Origin: an uncultured Actinomycetes bacterium
GTDB lineage: Bacteria; Actinomycetota; Thermoleophilia; Gaiellales; JAICJC01
Direction: 5' to 3'
Length of the DNA: 64,000 nt
NCBI GenBank assembly: GCA_963760755.1
Contig: CAVXEE010000003.1
Coordinates: forward strand, 525,634-589,633
This document shows positions 61,777 to 64,000 of this stretch, one piece after another. The notes under the pieces were generated by a model. The model did not search any database and was not told the origin of the DNA. It worked only from the letters and a program-made list of their open reading frames with translations. A program made the position numbers and the translations under genes. Numbering within the stretch: position 1 is the stretch's first letter; each line of letters begins with the position of its first letter.

Positions 61777-62469
61777 ATGCAGAGCCGCCTCGAAGAGCTG
61801 CTGGGCCGCGTCGAGGAGCTGACGAGTCGGCTCCTCGGGCGGGCCCAGGGGGTGCGCGGCCGCCGGCCGAACCTCGACGGCGTGCGCGACCGGCTGCACG
61901 ACCGCTCGCGCGGGTTCCCCGACCTCGGCCCCAAGCTCGGCGACGTCAAGGAGCGGCTGCGCGAGAGCGACGGCTGGCTGCTTGCGCTGCGGGCACGCGT
62001 GCGGCCGTGGCACGCCCTGCCGGCGGCGCTCGCGGCGCTGGCGCTGATCGTGGGCGGCTTCTGGCTCGGTGGCGCGGTGGGTGGCCATGCGAGCGCGGCG
62101 GCGCTCACGCGCACGGTCAAGATCAAGGGCAAGGTGATCACGATCGACGGCGCCCGCTACGTCTCGACGCCGGCGCTGACCGTGAAGGTCAAGGGCAAGA
62201 CCGTGCACATCCCCGCGCGCACGGTGAAGCTGCCCGCGAGCACCGTGATCTCCGGGACGACCGTCGCGGTCAAGGTGAACCACACCGTCTCGGTGCCGCT
62301 GACGATCTCGGTGCCGACCACGCGGACGAACACGACCACGATCAACAACACGGTCGTGACGACCGTGTTCCGCACGCAGACGCAGACTCAGACCGTCACC
62401 GGCACGACGACCGCCATCATCACCGTCACCGGCCCGACGACCACGGTCACGGTCACCGTGACGACGTAG
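61777..62469 (+). CDS. single-pass membrane protein with a coiled-coil head and a Thr/Val-rich beta tail
   Basis: 230 aa. MQSRLEELLGRVEELTSRLLG, TM helix ALPAALAALALIVGGFWLGGAVGG, then TVKIKGKVITIDG ... TVTGTTTAIITVTGPTTTVTVTVTT. Confidence 0.55.
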   Translation: MQSRLEELLGRVEELTSRLLGRAQGVRGRRPNLDGVRDRLHDRSRGFPDLGPKLGDVKERLRESDGWLLALRARVRPWHALPAALAALALIVGGFWLGGAVGGHASAAALTRTVKIKGKVITIDGARYVSTPALTVKVKGKTVHIPARTVKLPASTVISGTTVAVKVNHTVSVPLTISVPTTRTNTTTINNTVVTTVFRTQTQTQTVTGTTTAIITVTGPTTTVTVTVTT

Positions 62470-62499
62470 CTCCCGGCGCCGTCTAGGATCGGAGGCGGC

Positions 62500-64000
62500 A
62501 TGGAGAGTCGTAACGGCGAGCTGCGGTTCTCGCCCTCTGACCTGACCGAATACCTCGCCTGCGAACACGCCTCGGCGATGTCGCGCGCGGCGGCGAGGGG
62601 CGAACGGGCAAAGGCGTATGTCGGGAGCGCGTACGCCAGGCTGATCTTCGACAAGGGCGACGACCACGAGGCCGCGTATCTCGCGCGACTGCAAGCCGCT
62701 GGCCGCGACGTAGTCGAGGTGGGGCGATCCGGCGACTTCGCGGTCGGCGCGGCGCGCACGGCGGAGCTGATGCGCCGGGGCGTCGATGTGATCTACCAGG
62801 GCACCTTCGTCGTCGGCGCGTGGCGCGGTCTGGCCGACTTCGTCGAGCGCGTGGAGGCGCCCTCGGATCTGGGCGGCTGGTCATACGAGGTCGTCGACAC
62901 GAAGCTCGCCCGCGCGCACGCGGCGCCGTCGCACGTGCTCCAGCTGTGCTTCTACAGCGAGGGGGTTGCGGGCGTTCAGCGTGTGGCGCCGACGTACGCG
63001 CACCTCGAGCTCGGCTCGGGCCTGCGAGAGACGATCCGGCTGCACGAGGTGGCGCCGTACTTCCGGCGGGCCCGAGCAGGGTTCGAGGAGGCAGTCCGAT
63101 CGGAGCGGCCGACCGAGCCGTTTCCGTGCGAGCATTGCGGGTTCTGCGCGTTCCGGCGCGAGTGCGGCGAGTGGTGGCGCGCCGAGGACCACCTCTCGCT
63201 CGTCGCGTGGATCGGCCGTGGGCAGATTGGCCGGCTGACCGCCGCGGGCATCTGCACCCGTCGGGCGCTCGCGGCGCTGCCCGATGGAACGAGCGTTCCC
63301 GACCTGCGTGCACCGACGCTCGCGAACCTGCACATGCAGGCCCGGCTCCAGGTCGAGGCCGACACGGCCGAGCGCACACCGTACGAGGTGCTTCCACTCG
63401 ACCCCGATCGTGGCTTCGCGCGCCTGCCGGGCCCCTCACCGGGCGATGTCATGTTCGACCTCGAGGGTGACCCTCTGTGGACGCCGAGCCGGGAGCTGAC
63501 GTTCCTGTTCGGCCTGCTGCTTGCCGAGGAGGGCGGCTGGCGCTACGAGCCCGTGTGGGGCCACTCGGTGGACGAGGAGCGCGCGGCGTTCCAGCGCGTC
63601 GTCGATCTGCTGACGCAGCGCCTTGCCACGTATCCCGACATGCACGTCTATCACTACAGCCCTGCCGAGCCGGGTGCCCTCCAGCGCCTGATGGCCGAGC
63701 ACGCCACCCGCGAGCTCGAGATCGACGACCTGCTCCGCCGCAAGGTCATGGTCGACCTGCTCACCATCGTCCGGCAGTCGATGCGCGTCGGCGTGGAGTC
63801 GTACTCGCTGAAGCAGATCGAGCACCTTGCGGGCTTCGTGCGCGCGGCCGACATGGGCTCGGGCGCGGATGCCGTGCTCGGGTACGAGCGCTGGATCGAC
63901 TCTCGGGACGGCGCCGAGCTTGAAGGGATCGCCAGATACAACGAGGAAGACTGCCGAGCCACGCTCGCCCTGCGCGACTGGCTCGTCTCGATCCGGCCGG
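62500..64000 (+). CDS. RecB/Cas4-like PD-(D/E)xK nuclease with a 4-Cys cluster fused to an RNase H-like (DEDD) exonuclease domain; continues beyond the window (TM0106-type, usually helicase-fused)
   Basis: Absent from the ORF track because there is no stop before the window end. ATG 62500 is preceded by GGAGG. YLACEH, DFVERV, YEVVDTKLAR, CEHCGFCAFRRECGEWW, MFDLEGDP, HVYHYSPAEP and YNEEDCRAT. Confidence 0.8.
   Translation, partial: MESRNGELRFSPSDLTEYLACEHASAMSRAAARGERAKAYVGSAYARLIFDKGDDHEAAYLARLQAAGRDVVEVGRSGDFAVGAARTAELMRRGVDVIYQGTFVVGAWRGLADFVERVEAPSDLGGWSYEVVDTKLARAHAAPSHVLQLCFYSEGVAGVQRVAPTYAHLELGSGLRETIRLHEVAPYFRRARAGFEEAVRSERPTEPFPCEHCGFCAFRRECGEWWRAEDHLSLVAWIGRGQIGRLTAAGICTRRALAALPDGTSVPDLRAPTLANLHMQARLQVEADTAERTPYEVLPLDPDRGFARLPGPSPGDVMFDLEGDPLWTPSRELTFLFGLLLAEEGGWRYEPVWGHSVDEERAAFQRVVDLLTQRLATYPDMHVYHYSPAEPGALQRLMAEHATRELEIDDLLRRKVMVDLLTIVRQSMRVGVESYSLKQIEHLAGFVRAADMGSGADAVLGYERWIDSRDGAELEGIARYNEEDCRATLALRDWLVSIRP

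Noticed and set aside
62100-62470. Thr/Val-rich region as a DNA tandem repeat or minisatellite
   Set aside because: The nucleotide sequence has no exact periodic unit. The repetition is at the amino-acid composition level within a single ORF.
59051-64000. The terminal cluster as a prophage or integrative element
   Set aside because: I saw no integrase, recombinase, transposase, tRNA attachment site, direct-repeat borders or phage structural genes inside the window. XRE-ImmA alone is not sufficient. The right border lies outside the window, so this remains open.
1-64000. tRNA, rRNA, riboswitch or other structured RNA genes
   Set aside because: Intergenic regions are short (mostly under 160 nt) and none showed a cloverleaf-like T-arm (GGTTCGA-type) or a riboswitch core I could recognise by eye. 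A covariance-model scan (Infernal/Rfam, tRNAscan-SE) would be the decisive check.

Overview
High-GC (by eye about 70%), gene-dense chromosomal segment that looks actinobacterial: many GTG starts, ATGA/GTGA start-stop overlaps, leaderless-type promoters and Tat signal peptides. I call about 66 protein-coding genes or gene remnants. I recognised no rRNA, tRNA, CRISPR array, transposase or integrase. Many long ORFs in the supplied track are antisense or out-of-frame artefacts of the GC content. The track also omits two real ORFs that run off the window edges: an EttA-like ABC-F gene at 1..1217 (minus) and a RecB/Cas4-like nuclease at 62500..64000 (plus). Content from left to right: ettA; two APC permeases; a trimethylamine-dehydrogenase-family flavoprotein with kynA; a sulfur cluster (Stf0 sulfotransferase, sulfatase, cysteine dioxygenase, sulfite oxidase); and a LacI-controlled catabolic island. 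The island holds a Liv-type ABC transporter, a beta-hydroxyacid dehydrogenase, an M24 hydrolase, orphan TPP E1 alpha/beta, an ammonia-lyase homologue lacking the Ala-Ser-Gly MIO triad, and an ornithine cyclodeaminase. Next come assorted redox/detox genes, tdh-kbl, and a two-component system + SARP + RND efflux locus whose second RND copy is shredded by frameshifts. The window ends with a translationally coupled sigma factor-XRE-ImmA operon followed by a DUF6569/ARPP-1-like gene, a Thr/Val-rich membrane protein and the nuclease gene. That last cluster is my best candidate for an undescribed conflict system. Non-genic signals: a 13-bp palindrome GGGGAC-N-GTCCCC present as inverted pairs at four loci, a 34-bp perfect palindrome between divergent genes, three copies of a LacI-type operator, and several sigma70-like leaderless promoters. 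All family assignments come from motifs read by eye and recalled, not from database searches.
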